A DNA stretch of 64,000 nt from an uncultured Oligoflexus sp. (GCA_964236955.1 CAXSGP010000004.1:13942-77941); one strand, 5' to 3'. Counted from the stretch's first letter, positions 19,753-30,108 are shown. Notes: generated by a model from the sequence alone, not told the origin. A program made the numbers and translations.

Positions 19753-20832
19753 TTGCGGTACGCTCGTCAGACTGTATTACCCGAATTGGGTCAGGAAGGG
19801 CAGAAAGCTTTTGCCGCGGCCAAAGTCCTGATCGTCGGCATCGGAGGGCTAGGTTCGCCTTTAGCACTTTATCTTGCCGCCGCAGGCGTGGGGCACCTGG
19901 GCCTGGTGGACGCCGATCAGGTAGGACTGAGTAATTTGCATAGGCAGATTCTCTTTGCCATGGCTGATTTGGGCAGGGCCAAGGTCGAAGTTGCCGGCGC
20001 TAAACTTCTGGCTTTAAATCCGGATGTGACGAGTGAACTCTATCCCTTTTTTCTCGACAGCGGCAATGCCATGGCTATCGCCAGTAATTATGACATTGTC
20101 ATCGACGCCAGTGATAATTTTGAAACGAAATATCTCCTCAATGATCTTTGCGTCAAACTCAAGAAGCCGCTGGTGTCGGGATCCATACTGCAATTTCGGG
20201 GGCAGGCTTCGGTATATTGGGCCGAGCGCGGGCCCTGTTATCGCTGCCTCTTTCCCGAATTGCCGCTTCATGCCATTCCAAATTGTGCCGAAGCCGGTGT
20301 GCTGGGAGCTGTTGCCGGCGTGATCGGGAGTATTCAGGCGCTGGAGGTGTTGAAGCTTATCCTGCTCCTTAACGGGCGCCTGGCGCCGCATCAGACGACG
20401 CTTATCGGCAGTTTTCTGAGTTTTGACGCCGCTACGATGCAGCAGACTATCGTCAAAATTCCCAAGGATCCCGAATGCCGGGTCTGCAGCCTAGATCCCG
20501 CAGCTATCGAGCTGCCCCGACTCGAACTCTCCTGCGATCGGAACATTCATGAGGATATTATAAAGAATTGGCAGCGCTATCGCTGGATCGATGTGCGTGA
20601 AGCAAACGAATGGGCCGGGGGCCATATCGCCAATGCCTTGCATTGGCCTCTGTCGCGCATCAAAGCGGGCGAAATCCCCGAACCCAGCGCAGGCAAAACT
20701 ATTCTTTATTGCCAAAGCGGGGTGCGGTCAAGGCAGGCTCTCAACCTGCTCAAAGACGAAGGTTTTGGTGATTTGAATCATCTTCCGGAAGGCTTTGCGA
20801 GTTGGGTTGGGGCCGTAGAGCGAGATAGGTAA
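19753..20832 (+). CDS. moeB: MoeB/ThiF-family adenylyltransferase fused to rhodanese (MoeZ-like)
   Basis: RYARQ, GIGGLG, SNLHRQ, CYRC, CAEAGVLG, CRVC; rhodanese DVRE..EW..GHI and CQSGVRS; start set at TTG after GGAGG. Confidence 0.88.
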   Translation: MRYARQTVLPELGQEGQKAFAAAKVLIVGIGGLGSPLALYLAAAGVGHLGLVDADQVGLSNLHRQILFAMADLGRAKVEVAGAKLLALNPDVTSELYPFFLDSGNAMAIASNYDIVIDASDNFETKYLLNDLCVKLKKPLVSGSILQFRGQASVYWAERGPCYRCLFPELPLHAIPNCAEAGVLGAVAGVIGSIQALEVLKLILLLNGRLAPHQTTLIGSFLSFDAATMQQTIVKIPKDPECRVCSLDPAAIELPRLELSCDRNIHEDIIKNWQRYRWIDVREANEWAGGHIANALHWPLSRIKAGEIPEPSAGKTILYCQSGVRSRQALNLLKDEGFGDLNHLPEGFASWVGAVERDR

Positions 20833-21679
20833 GGACATCATCCTCATCATTAAGAAAACGCTTTCTCGTCTCCACCTTGGCCTGGGCCTTGGCAAATTCA
20901 TCAGGATTTAAACCCTTGGGTTTGATCCAGGGCAGCGACAGCGTGGCGATGAAGAGACCCAGACCAAAGCCGATCGCATGGCTACGGTAACTTACCTGAG
21001 GTTCGATCGTGCTTGGCAAAAGCACGACCAGCACAAAGGCCACAATGCGCATCAATCGATGGGAAAGTTTAAGGTAGCTTGAATTGCGCGCAAAATAGAC
21101 CAGCCACATGCCGGCCATGAGATAGACCATACCCGAAGCTCCAACCAATTGGACATCGGCAGGGTAAGTGAGCAGCGCGATCGCCTCGGTAGCCGCCGCA
21201 CCGAAGACGCTCAGTACGGGAAAGGCCCAACGGCCAAAATAATTATTAAGCAGGGTAGCAAACACCAGAAAAAGCATAGAGTTGGATAAAAGGTGAATAA
21301 AATCCGCATGGACAAAGGGAGACGTTACCAGGCGCCACCATTCGCCCTGGGCAAAGACATCGGTCTGGGTTGCCACCAGCATCGCGTGGGGATTTTCCCA
21401 GGCCAAGATACTCAATACCGTAAAGAGCAGAATAAAAACCGAGGCACCCAACGCCGCCGCCGGATCAATCGGTCGCGATAGGGCCTGTTCTTCTAAATAA
21501 GGTCTTGTGGGATATAAAGGGTGGATGGGCTTCAGAGTAAGATCTGCGGCCGGTGCGATTCGTGCTGCTGATGGCCCGGACTCCAGCTCAAGGATCAGGG
21601 GATTGAAGGCCGGAGTGAGATTTAATTCTGCCGTGCCTTCTTCTTTTGGGTCAGGGATCAGGTCCGCTTGGCTCGCCAT
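20750..21679 (-). CDS. Rhomboid family intramembrane serine protease
   Basis: WWRL.T..FVH....HL..N, GASG, SY.SH..G; start set at ATG after GAGG. Confidence 0.9.
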   Translation of the reverse strand: MASQADLIPDPKEEGTAELNLTPAFNPLILELESGPSAARIAPAADLTLKPIHPLYPTRPYLEEQALSRPIDPAAALGASVFILLFTVLSILAWENPHAMLVATQTDVFAQGEWWRLVTSPFVHADFIHLLSNSMLFLVFATLLNNYFGRWAFPVLSVFGAAATEAIALLTYPADVQLVGASGMVYLMAGMWLVYFARNSSYLKLSHRLMRIVAFVLVVLLPSTIEPQVSYRSHAIGFGLGLFIATLSLPWIKPKGLNPDEFAKAQAKVETRKRFLNDEDDVLTYLALRPQPNSQSLPEDDSNHQNLRL

Positions 21680-22013
21680 CACATACCTCAGCTTTGGTTG
21701 TCCATTTCTCAAAATAAGACCGGAATGAGAAATGTCAAGGGTCCTGGGTTTAACATCGGTTTTGATTGGACAAAGCACGCAACCCGATGGGGAGCTTTAG
21801 AGTGAATGGGCAATTCTTACCAGAAATATATTTACGGGACCGGTTCATTCTGCAGCAAAGCATGGACTCATGACGAGGTTATTTACGTCCCGGATGAAGC
21901 AGCGTTCCATTCCCGTCCTCTGGCAGGGCTGGCTATAAAGAGCCAAAGATATCGATACTCATTCTCCAGAGGCGCTAGATCGCCCTTCGCTCATCTTTTT
22001 TGGTCGCCCTGAG

Positions 22014-22814
22014 CTAAGGCCTGGGCAGAAGACTGAGCAGCGATTTGAGGGCTCCCGGGACCTTTCGATACCTTAGATGCGAAGCAAAAATTGTTTGTCT
22101 CGGTAAATTGCCTTTATTATAGCTCCTTAATTCCGGATGATCGAAAGTCATATGGTCGGGCAGGACCGCGATGCCAATGCCCTGTTTAACAAGTTTGACA
22201 ATGGCGGTGATGGAATTCACCTGAATCACGCGTTTTGGCATTTTTCTATGCATCTTGAGCAGGTGATCTTCGGGCCCGTAAACGATCCATCGATAGCTGT
22301 GTAAAGCCTCGGGATTGATTGGATCTCGGGAAACGATCGCCAGGTTCTCATCGAGCACCGCCTGCGAGCGTATCAACTCGCTATCGATCTCGAAGGGGGT
22401 GAATATGAGATCAAAGCGCCCGCCTTCTATCCCATCCCGCAAGTCCTGCAGGCTGCCGACCGTGATCGTCAGGTTTACGTCATGCTCTTGGTAGTAGGTT
22501 CCGAGCAGCACCTGAAACCAGCTCTCGAGCAGACCATGGGGAATTCCGATGCGGATATTGGATCTTTCGTCGTCACAGAGGAGCTTCGTGGTTTCTGTCT
22601 CGAAATGCTTGAGGGCATCATAGAGCTTTTGACCTTTGGGCGTCAGGGTCAGGTGTTTGGCAGTACGAATGAGAAGTTCATCCTCGACCGATTCCTCCAA
22701 TAACTTGATCTGACGGCTTACGGCCGACTGGGCGATATTGAGTTCTTCGGCAGCCTTGGAAAAACTGCCCTGCTCGACCGACGCAATAAAGGCCTTCAGA
22801 TAGCGAAAATCCAT
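22014..22814 (-). CDS. LysR family transcriptional regulator
   Basis: MDFRYLKAF..GSFSKAAEELNIAQSAVSRQIKLLE HTH plus substrate-binding domain. Confidence 0.92.
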   Translation of the reverse strand: MDFRYLKAFIASVEQGSFSKAAEELNIAQSAVSRQIKLLEESVEDELLIRTAKHLTLTPKGQKLYDALKHFETETTKLLCDDERSNIRIGIPHGLLESWFQVLLGTYYQEHDVNLTITVGSLQDLRDGIEGGRFDLIFTPFEIDSELIRSQAVLDENLAIVSRDPINPEALHSYRWIVYGPEDHLLKMHRKMPKRVIQVNSITAIVKLVKQGIGIAVLPDHMTFDHPELRSYNKGNLPRQTIFASHLRYRKVPGALKSLLSLLPRP

Positions 22815-22827
22815 GGATGCCCTCGAA

Positions 22828-23211
22828 TTAGAGTGCTGGCATGTCCCGCATAAGTTCAACACAGCTGCCATCGTCTCCGGTCTTCGTGAAACGATCAATC
22901 TTCTTTTGTTTATCATCCGTGAAAAAATTAATTTTACACGATTCTGAATAGCTATAGGAACCCCATCGCCAATTCGAATAACCCGCGCCGACCGACCTTA
23001 AGACCTGGCGTTCGTTCGTATAACTTAGGACCTTGACTCCACTTTCCATCACGTAAACGCTGGAGGGAGCTCCCCAGATCTCAACAAGTTTGTCGGGGTG
23101 GCGACCGATCCAGGGGTCGAGCTGATTCTTTAAGACTTCGGCATAATGGGCACAAGCGCTGGCGAGCGAGACCATGCCCAAAAGAACGAGTGGTCGGCAT
23201 AGACTTGGCAT
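22828..23211 (-). CDS. Small hypothetical lipoprotein (BamE/SmpA-like pattern)
   Basis: Lipobox ASAC; WIG....L...WGAP pattern; two further Cys. Confidence 0.6.
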   Translation of the reverse strand: MPSLCRPLVLLGMVSLASACAHYAEVLKNQLDPWIGRHPDKLVEIWGAPSSVYVMESGVKVLSYTNERQVLRSVGAGYSNWRWGSYSYSESCKINFFTDDKQKKIDRFTKTGDDGSCVELMRDMPAL

Positions 23212-23523
23212 GAAGAAATACTCCTTATTGGTTTGCTTGGTTTCGATCTAAGATACCGAGACGGAAAAATTCGGAAAGGCAAGGGCCGGAGATCGAGCGC
23301 GGTCAATCTTTTCGTCTCAGAGGGTTCCAAATCCAGCGAGCTTTGACTTTTCCCGCGCTGGCGCTGGCAAGCCCCGGGAACTCTTCCACTTGGTAGCCCC
23401 GGAGCGATTGTACGATCTTGTTGGTGGGTAGAGCGAGCATCTTTTAGGTAAGATCAATAACGCGGCCCTGGTCTAAACGGACTGAGCCAGTGGCAGTGCT
23501 GAGTTGAATGCAGAGGAGTGGGA

Positions 23524-24852
23524 ATGGAAATTTTTTCGAATGGACTGTCAGCGGCCCGATCGACGATGGCCTTTTCGCTGGGCTTTCACATAATCTTTGC
23601 GGCAGTCGGCATGGTCATGCCGTTTTTTATGGCGACCTCGCATTACTTATTCCTGAGGACTGGCCATAAATCTTATCTGTCTCTCACCAGGATGTGGTCA
23701 AAAGGGGTTGCCATTCTTTTTGCAACAGGTGCGGTTTCAGGTACCGTTTTATCGTTTGAGCTGGGTCTGCTCTGGCCTGGATTTATGAAACATGCGGGAG
23801 CGATTATCGGAATGCCCTTTTCCTGGGAAGGCACCGCTTTTTTTCTCGAAGCCATCGCCATTGGGATTTTTCTCTATGGGTGGGATAAAATTCCGCGCTG
23901 GTGGCATTGGACCTCGGGGCTTGTAGTTGGCGTTTCTGGCTTGGCGTCAGGAATATTTGTGGTGGCCGCGAATTCCTGGATGAATACCCCTAGCGGATTC
24001 GAATGGGTCAATGGCAATGCGGTCAATGTTGATCCACTGGCGGCCATGTTCAATAAACATTGGTTTCAGCAGGCCCTGCATATGACGCTGGCTTCGTTTG
24101 AGGCGGTAGGATTTGTGGTGGCAGGAATCCATGCCTATCTTTTGCTGCGAGGGGGCAGTCCCCGACTCAACGCCCACGCCCTGCGCATCGCCCTCAGTTT
24201 TGGAGCCGTTGCTGCACTGATACAGCCTTTGAGTGGCCATTTTTCCGCTCAAAAGGTTGCCGAAAACCAACCCGCAAAACTAGCCGCCATGGAAGCACTG
24301 TTCACCACCCAAAAAGGTGCTCCGCTGTTAGTTGGGGGAATTCCCGATGAAAAGACCCGAACGGTAAAATACGGGATCGAGATACCGGGAGCGCTCAGCT
24401 TTTTGGCTTTTAACGACTTTAAGGCCGAGGTGAAGGGGCTTGATCAGGTGCCCCGCGCCGATTGGCCAAAGGTTCTTTGGGTGCACTTCGCCTTTCAAAC
24501 GATGGTTGGCATCGGCAGTTTTTTGGCGTTTATTGGCTTCATCTTTTTATACAAAACCTATCGCCTAAAAGGCCACTGGTCACGCCCCCTTCTATGGGTG
24601 CTCACCTTTTGCGGTCCCCTGGGATTTATAGCGCTTGAAGCCGGCTGGGTCGTCACCGAAGTCGGCCGGCAACCCTGGATCATATATGGAGTGATGCGGA
24701 CGTCAGAGGCGGTGAGCGGGATTCCCGGGCTTGGGATCCACCTGGGACTTTTCATACTGGTCTACGGCTTGGTGGGACTTTTCTGTTTATCACTACTCCA
24801 CCGTCTGATCCGTTTTTATCAAAAGCCGAAAGGAACACCCTATGCTCATTGA
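23524..24852 (+). CDS. cydA: Cytochrome bd ubiquinol oxidase subunit I (short Q-loop type)
   Basis: FHIIF, GAVSG, EGTAFFLEA, NSWMNTP, QPAKLAAME, GWVVTEVGRQPW. Confidence 0.95.
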   Translation: MEIFSNGLSAARSTMAFSLGFHIIFAAVGMVMPFFMATSHYLFLRTGHKSYLSLTRMWSKGVAILFATGAVSGTVLSFELGLLWPGFMKHAGAIIGMPFSWEGTAFFLEAIAIGIFLYGWDKIPRWWHWTSGLVVGVSGLASGIFVVAANSWMNTPSGFEWVNGNAVNVDPLAAMFNKHWFQQALHMTLASFEAVGFVVAGIHAYLLLRGGSPRLNAHALRIALSFGAVAALIQPLSGHFSAQKVAENQPAKLAAMEALFTTQKGAPLLVGGIPDEKTRTVKYGIEIPGALSFLAFNDFKAEVKGLDQVPRADWPKVLWVHFAFQTMVGIGSFLAFIGFIFLYKTYRLKGHWSRPLLWVLTFCGPLGFIALEAGWVVTEVGRQPWIIYGVMRTSEAVSGIPGLGIHLGLFILVYGLVGLFCLSLLHRLIRFYQKPKGTPYAH

Positions 24853-25861
24853 TTTGATCGGACTTGTCAGCTTTGTCGCCTTGGTCCTCTATATACTTTT
24901 TGGTGGCGCTGACTACGGGGCGGGGATCCTTGAACTTTTTCGTTTTCATAATAATGTACGCGATGAACAGGAGAAGTTGATCTCGGAGGCGATGGGTCCG
25001 GTTTGGGAAGCCAATCATATCTGGCTCATCCTTTTGATCGTAATTCTATTTAATGGTTTTCCCGGCATGTTTGTCACCATCACCAACGCTTTGCATATTC
25101 CTTTGGTTGCTATTTTACTGGGCATCGTCGTTCGAGGGGTAACCTTTACCTACCGGCACTACGATAGCTCCCAGCAGCTGGATCGCTTTTACACCTGGAC
25201 CTTCGCCTTAAGCAGTCTTTGGACCAGCATGTGGTTAGGAGTTGCCGTTGGCGGCGCGGTCCTTGGGCGTATCGACCCCTTGGCGACCAATGCCTACGAT
25301 CTTTATGTGGCGCCATGGGACAATCCCTTTGCCTTTGCCCTGGGGCTTTTTGTTAGCTCTCTCTTCGCTTTCCTCGCCTCGGCATTTTTAATTGGCGAAG
25401 CCGGCTCGGAACGAATGAAGAAGTTTTTTTCACGACGGGCTGTGGCCTCCAACTTTGCCTCCATTGGCTCAGGGGGCCTGGTCTTTCTAAGCGCGCACTG
25501 GGAAAACTATCCCTTGGCCCGTGAATTCGCCTTCAATATGAATTCGATGCTGATGATGCTAGTCGCCTCAGGACTATCCTGGCTCTTCGTCTTGTTTCGT
25601 TTGAAACGCGCCGCGACCCGGGTGCTCATCTCGGGGATCGTGATGGCTATCCTCCTGGGCTTTTATTTTATTCACGCGCCGGCGATCATTGCCACCCGGC
25701 AGGGCTATCTAAGCTTTGCCAATACTGCGGCTCCCGATGCCACGCTCCGGCAGCTTCTTATTGCGTTGCTCGTTGGATTGGTGCTGATTTTGCCAAGTTT
25801 GGGCCTATTGATATGGATTTTTAAATTCCGCAAAACCACTCCTTACCGAAGCAAATCTTAA
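24842..25861 (+). CDS. cydB: Cytochrome bd ubiquinol oxidase subunit II
   Basis: GADYGAG, GPVWEANHIWL, multiple TM; overlaps cydA end. Confidence 0.93.
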   Translation: MLIDLIGLVSFVALVLYILFGGADYGAGILELFRFHNNVRDEQEKLISEAMGPVWEANHIWLILLIVILFNGFPGMFVTITNALHIPLVAILLGIVVRGVTFTYRHYDSSQQLDRFYTWTFALSSLWTSMWLGVAVGGAVLGRIDPLATNAYDLYVAPWDNPFAFALGLFVSSLFAFLASAFLIGEAGSERMKKFFSRRAVASNFASIGSGGLVFLSAHWENYPLAREFAFNMNSMLMMLVASGLSWLFVLFRLKRAATRVLISGIVMAILLGFYFIHAPAIIATRQGYLSFANTAAPDATLRQLLIALLVGLVLILPSLGLLIWIFKFRKTTPYRSKS

Positions 25862-26257
25862 ATAGATGGGCGACCTAAGGGCATGTTAAGATCTCTGCTG
25901 CTATCCTCGTAAGCTGCCAAAAGGCTCGATGACCTATGGATTTTTGCGACCGAGGTATTTTCCCTAGCTGCTTCTTATCCTGGTTTCTGCTAGAAAGTAC
26001 CTGTCTGCCCTAGGTGAAATATGGGGAATGCCCCTTCTATTGCCTAGGCTTCGAACTTTTGAGGCGAAGTGGGGCCCGAGTTCGAGAAGAGTCTTGCCTA
26101 GTCCCTATGGAGGGGTCGTTATTTGGAAGCGACCAAAAGCTGACAACTTGAGCCGAGACAAGAGATGCCACTATGCTTAATTCGTGGGCAACTCATGCAT
26201 AAACTTCGTGACTTCACCATCGCGCTTTTGTGCATATCACGTTGAACAAAGGTAAAA

Positions 26258-27961
26258 ATGACATTGACCGATCAAAAATACCCCCCGCTAGATGCCGAAG
26301 AAGCTGTTACCCGTCCGGCTCAAGATCCCCGTGATCGCGAGAGTGAGGCCCATCAAGGAGCCTTTGACAGACGGCGAAAGTCTGCCAGTGCCCCGGCGAA
26401 GGGTCGTACCAAGCACCTTTACGCGGCCTTGGAAGACGGCAGCTATATAGCCTTTGATATCGAGACAACCGGCGGCAATCCCGAAAAAAACGGAATCACT
26501 GAAATTTTTGCGCTGCGTTATCGCGACGGTCAGATTCACGATACTTTCTATTCGATGGTCAATCCCGGAGTCTCCATTCCACCGATCGTAAGACGCATGA
26601 CGGGCATCACCGATAAAATGGTTCGCGATGCACCGCCGATCAAAGCGATCATGCCTGATTTTATTAAATTTATTGCCGACGATGTTCTGGTGAGCCATAA
26701 CACGATAGGCGATATGAAATTTATTCGCTACTTCGCGGATGTCGAATGCGCTCACGAGATCGGCAATTATTATCTCTGCACCCACCTGCTCGTCGAAAAG
26801 CTGGCTCCCAACGCTCCCGACAAATCCCTGAAAGGTCTCGCCGGCTTCTTTAATTTGCCGGGCGATGCCAAGCTCCATCGTGCCGAAGCCGATGCTTATA
26901 TCACGCTCGAACTCTTTAAAATCCTGCTTGAGAAGATGCGCGTCAAAGGCATCCCCTCGATCGCCGATGCCATTCGCTTTCAGGGTGATTTCGAATCGGG
27001 CACCCGCCTCGGGTGGGGAGTTAAAGCTGAGGCCCTGAAAGCCCTCCCGGAAAAAACCGGAGTCTTTTACCTGCATGACTATAGTGGGCAGGTCACCTTT
27101 CTTTCGAGCGCTCATAATCTACTCAGGGAAGTGCGGCGCCTTCAAAAGCTTAACGCTTTACCGAAGCAGCTGCTCCGCTCTGTCCTTTCAAGTTGTGATT
27201 TAAAATTTGAGGAGACACCGACCGCTTTTGCCGCCTCGCTTCTTGAAGCAAAGGATCTCACCAAGCATCGCGTGCGTTTTGATCCTTCGAGTTGGCATCA
27301 AAGAACTGCGAATTTTATTTATCTTTGTCACGATGCCGAAGAATTTCGGCTGACGACCGGCCCATTGGTTGAGGGGGTCACAGCCCTTCTAGGTCCCATT
27401 CGAGGCGGCAAAGAGGTGGCGATACTGCTCGATCACCTCGCGCATGCTATCGGTAGAAAGCCTAGCAAAAAAGGCTTGAAGGTGACTGCCGACGAGGCCG
27501 GTGTGCTGCAAGAGTTCTTATCGCGACGCCCATTAAAGGCTGGCATCAAGGAAAAGTTTCTTGCGATACTCCCGAAACATGCCGAACGCATCGATCATCT
27601 TCAGCGCTTGCGCGATCAACTTCGCGGCGTCTCGATTCCTGAGGATCTATTTGGTGCGAATATAGTTTCGGGAGTTTTGGCACTTGGCATCGCCGAACGA
27701 TGGCATATCTATGCCATTGCCCATGGACGACTGATCGCTGAATTCAGTGTCGACGGCGACCTCCGACAGGGGATGCTAAAAGCGGGTTTGAACGATAAAC
27801 TTTACCGGCAAATCAAAGCTGAAAGCCGTAAATATGATGTTGAGCTGCCCTTGAGCCTTGGGGATGCGATAGTCCTCAATCGCATGTTCTGGTGGGCCTT
27901 CTTTGGAAGCCGCCATGAAAACGTCAGTATTATTCATGTCGAAGAGTTATCGCGTCTTTAA
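26258..27961 (+). CDS. DEDDh (DnaQ-like) 3'-5' exonuclease fused to degenerate GIY-YIG (UvrC/Cho-like) domain
   Basis: FDIETTG, SHN..D, HRAEADA; then LPEKTGVFYLHDYSGQVTFLSSAHNL resembling the UvrC N-terminus. Confidence 0.8.
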   Translation: MTLTDQKYPPLDAEEAVTRPAQDPRDRESEAHQGAFDRRRKSASAPAKGRTKHLYAALEDGSYIAFDIETTGGNPEKNGITEIFALRYRDGQIHDTFYSMVNPGVSIPPIVRRMTGITDKMVRDAPPIKAIMPDFIKFIADDVLVSHNTIGDMKFIRYFADVECAHEIGNYYLCTHLLVEKLAPNAPDKSLKGLAGFFNLPGDAKLHRAEADAYITLELFKILLEKMRVKGIPSIADAIRFQGDFESGTRLGWGVKAEALKALPEKTGVFYLHDYSGQVTFLSSAHNLLREVRRLQKLNALPKQLLRSVLSSCDLKFEETPTAFAASLLEAKDLTKHRVRFDPSSWHQRTANFIYLCHDAEEFRLTTGPLVEGVTALLGPIRGGKEVAILLDHLAHAIGRKPSKKGLKVTADEAGVLQEFLSRRPLKAGIKEKFLAILPKHAERIDHLQRLRDQLRGVSIPEDLFGANIVSGVLALGIAERWHIYAIAHGRLIAEFSVDGDLRQGMLKAGLNDKLYRQIKAESRKYDVELPLSLGDAIVLNRMFWWAFFGSRHENVSIIHVEELSRL

Positions 27962-28243
27962 TTCTAGGGCTGTTGAGTCTCAGGTTTTATAAGGGCAGCC
28001 CCATGCTATTGTCCTGCTTAATCAGTTTTTTTCTCTGAAAGACATGGGTGTTTGTTTTGAGTGTCGAATGGAAAGAGACATTCTCTATTTGCGCTAATCT
28101 TCGAACATTACAGATTTTGCCAAGTGCGTTTCCGAGCCGCCGGTGCTCCTGGAAACGATTATGGTATCTGCCGTCCGTCTTCACCTTGCATGCGTCCGGG
28201 CTTTGCCTTTAAGTGAGCTCCTCACTACGAAGGAGACTGAGAC

Positions 28244-28627
28244 ATGAATACGCTAAGCATTTACTCGCTCATCGCACTTAAAGGTTCCAATCTTCACATT
28301 GGTCATCACATCATCTCCTTGCATGGTCGAACCAAGACCCGCTTGCTACTCGAGGCCATGCTCTTAGGCGGGGAAGGGGGAACTGAGGGCCTTAAACGCG
28401 ACCAGTTGCGCTACAAGGTCTATCAGGACGCCTTAGCTCTTCCTCTCCAAGCGAGTCCCAGCTCACGGCTTCGTGAATCTCAAGATAGCAGCTTAAGCAA
28501 ACTTATCAGTCGGTCACGAAGCTTTTTAAAAGAATCGCTCCGGGATACCGAGTGGTCGAGCGAGCTTGAATGGTTTGTTTATTCGGAAAGGGAGCGAAAC
28601 TGGAAGCTTGTCCAAATACGGGCGTAA
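28244..28627 (+). CDS. Small hypothetical protein, possibly stand-alone winged-helix DNA-binding domain
   Basis: AGGAG SD; pattern LLL.AM..RDQL..KVY..LSKLISR.R..L..W.L resembles OmpR-type wHTH. Confidence 0.5.
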   Translation: MNTLSIYSLIALKGSNLHIGHHIISLHGRTKTRLLLEAMLLGGEGGTEGLKRDQLRYKVYQDALALPLQASPSSRLRESQDSSLSKLISRSRSFLKESLRDTEWSSELEWFVYSERERNWKLVQIRA

Positions 28628-28896
28628 GTGTTGAGTATGTTTTAAAAAATTCTATATCGGAAAGCCTTCGCATGAAATTATATATATCTCTTAAGCATCC
28701 GAAACCATGGAGTAAAAAAGGGTATAATTAGGCGTTAGTGAGACAGGCTGCTTAAGTAATAAGTGAAAATACCGAAACATGGCTGTGGCAGCGGTCGATT
28801 AGAGTAAACCTTCCGGCTTTTGGAGATCACTCCTGGGCCTACCACCACGATCAGCTAAAAATTGTATGGCTTCTCATCCCCTATCATGGAGGACCT

Positions 28897-29400
28897 ATGA
28901 AATACTTTTTGAGCGGTATAATCGGTTTTGTTCTAACACTCATAGTGAGTCTGCCGTTTCAAAATCTTGTCAGGCCCAAAGACGCCAAAGCTTTTACAGC
29001 CTCAATGAAAAGCAGGACGGACCCAACACTTTCCGTTACCGCCGATAAGAATATGGAAGTTGATATTAAGATTCAGCCTATCGTTCGTCTTGAAGACAAG
29101 AAGGATCAGCCATTGATTAAATTCTTTCCACAGTATCCCGCCGAGGCGGCAGCTCAGAAAATAGAGGGTTTCGTGACTCTGAGCTTTCGTGTCTCCAAGG
29201 AGGGGCTCGTTCAAAACCTTAAGGTAATGGAATCCAGCCCACCCCAGATTTTTGATGAAGTTGCACTGGCAGCCGTTTCAAAATGGACTTTTGCCAGTAA
29301 ACCAAACCAACCGCTGTTGGATCAGCAAAAACTCCGTTTGAATTTTAATCTGGGTCGCACTGTCGCAGCCGAGCAGCAGGTTACGGAATCGGAATTGTGA
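28897..29400 (+). CDS. TonB C-terminal domain protein
   Basis: N-terminal TM; PQYPAEA...IEGFVTLSF.V..G.V..LKV..SSP..IFD..AL.AV.KW.F. Confidence 0.85.
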   Translation: MKYFLSGIIGFVLTLIVSLPFQNLVRPKDAKAFTASMKSRTDPTLSVTADKNMEVDIKIQPIVRLEDKKDQPLIKFFPQYPAEAAAQKIEGFVTLSFRVSKEGLVQNLKVMESSPPQIFDEVALAAVSKWTFASKPNQPLLDQQKLRLNFNLGRTVAAEQQVTESEL

Positions 29401-29440
29401 GGGAGGCAAAACGATCGCAATTCGAATAATGGTTGCATGA

Positions 29441-29479
29441 AAAAAACAGGTCTGTGCCGATGGAGCAGACCTGTTTTTT
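29441..29479. terminator. Bidirectional terminator between TonB-like gene and peroxiredoxin
   Basis: aaaaaacaggtctg ... cagacctgtttttt perfect inverted repeat. Confidence 0.85.
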
Positions 29480-29526
29480 ATTAAGATTTGACTGAGGCAC
29501 TGAGGGCGGTCGCTTCCAAAAGAACT

Positions 29527-30108
29527 TTAGCTCTTGAAAAATTCTTTGAGTCCAGCGCGGTCGGGCCGCATCGTTTTGTCACCTTCTTGCCAGTTTGCCG
29601 GGCAAACCTCGCCATGTTTTTCGTTGAAGGCAACGGCATCGACGAGTCGAAGATATTCATCAATGTTACGGCCCAGGGGCAGGTCATTGACTGTCTGATG
29701 ACGAACTTTTCCAGTCTTGTCGATAAGGAAGGTCGCACGCAACGCAACGCCATCTTCATGCAGAACATCGTAATCGCGGGCGATAGACTTATGGATGTCT
29801 GAAATCACAGGGTATGTCACGCCTTGAATGCCGCCATCATCCTGCGAGGTGCGTAGCCAGGCCGAATGGGTATGCACACTGTCGACCGACACAGCGAGAA
29901 CCTCAGTGTTCTTAGATTTGAACTCGCTGAGTTTTTCCTGGAACGCATGGAGTTCGGTGGGACAGACAAAAGTAAAATCGAGAGGATAAAAAAACAAGAC
30001 AACATTCTTCTTGCCCTTGAACTGGGACAGGGTGATGTCTTGGAATTCGCCGTTGATAACTGCCTGGGCGCTAAAGTCAGGAGCTTGTTTATTAACTAAT
30101 ACCGCCAT
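29527..30108 (-). CDS. ahpC: 2-Cys peroxiredoxin (AhpC/TSA)
   Basis: FFYPLDFTFVCPTE and GEVCPANW; start at MAVLVNKQAP. Confidence 0.93.
   Translation of the reverse strand: MAVLVNKQAPDFSAQAVINGEFQDITLSQFKGKKNVVLFFYPLDFTFVCPTELHAFQEKLSEFKSKNTEVLAVSVDSVHTHSAWLRTSQDDGGIQGVTYPVISDIHKSIARDYDVLHEDGVALRATFLIDKTGKVRHQTVNDLPLGRNIDEYLRLVDAVAFNEKHGEVCPANWQEGDKTMRPDRAGLKEFFKS

Noticed and set aside
18316..20832. DAC-like cyclase next to an E1-like ThiF enzyme as a CBASS-type system
   Set aside because: The genes are divergent, the ThiF protein is an ordinary MoeB-rhodanese, and no E2, JAB or effector gene is adjacent
26288..27115. Long antisense ORFs (also 35416..36234, 31064..31585, 11086..11739 and similar)
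   Set aside because: Shadow frames opposite well-supported genes, with no motifs or SD
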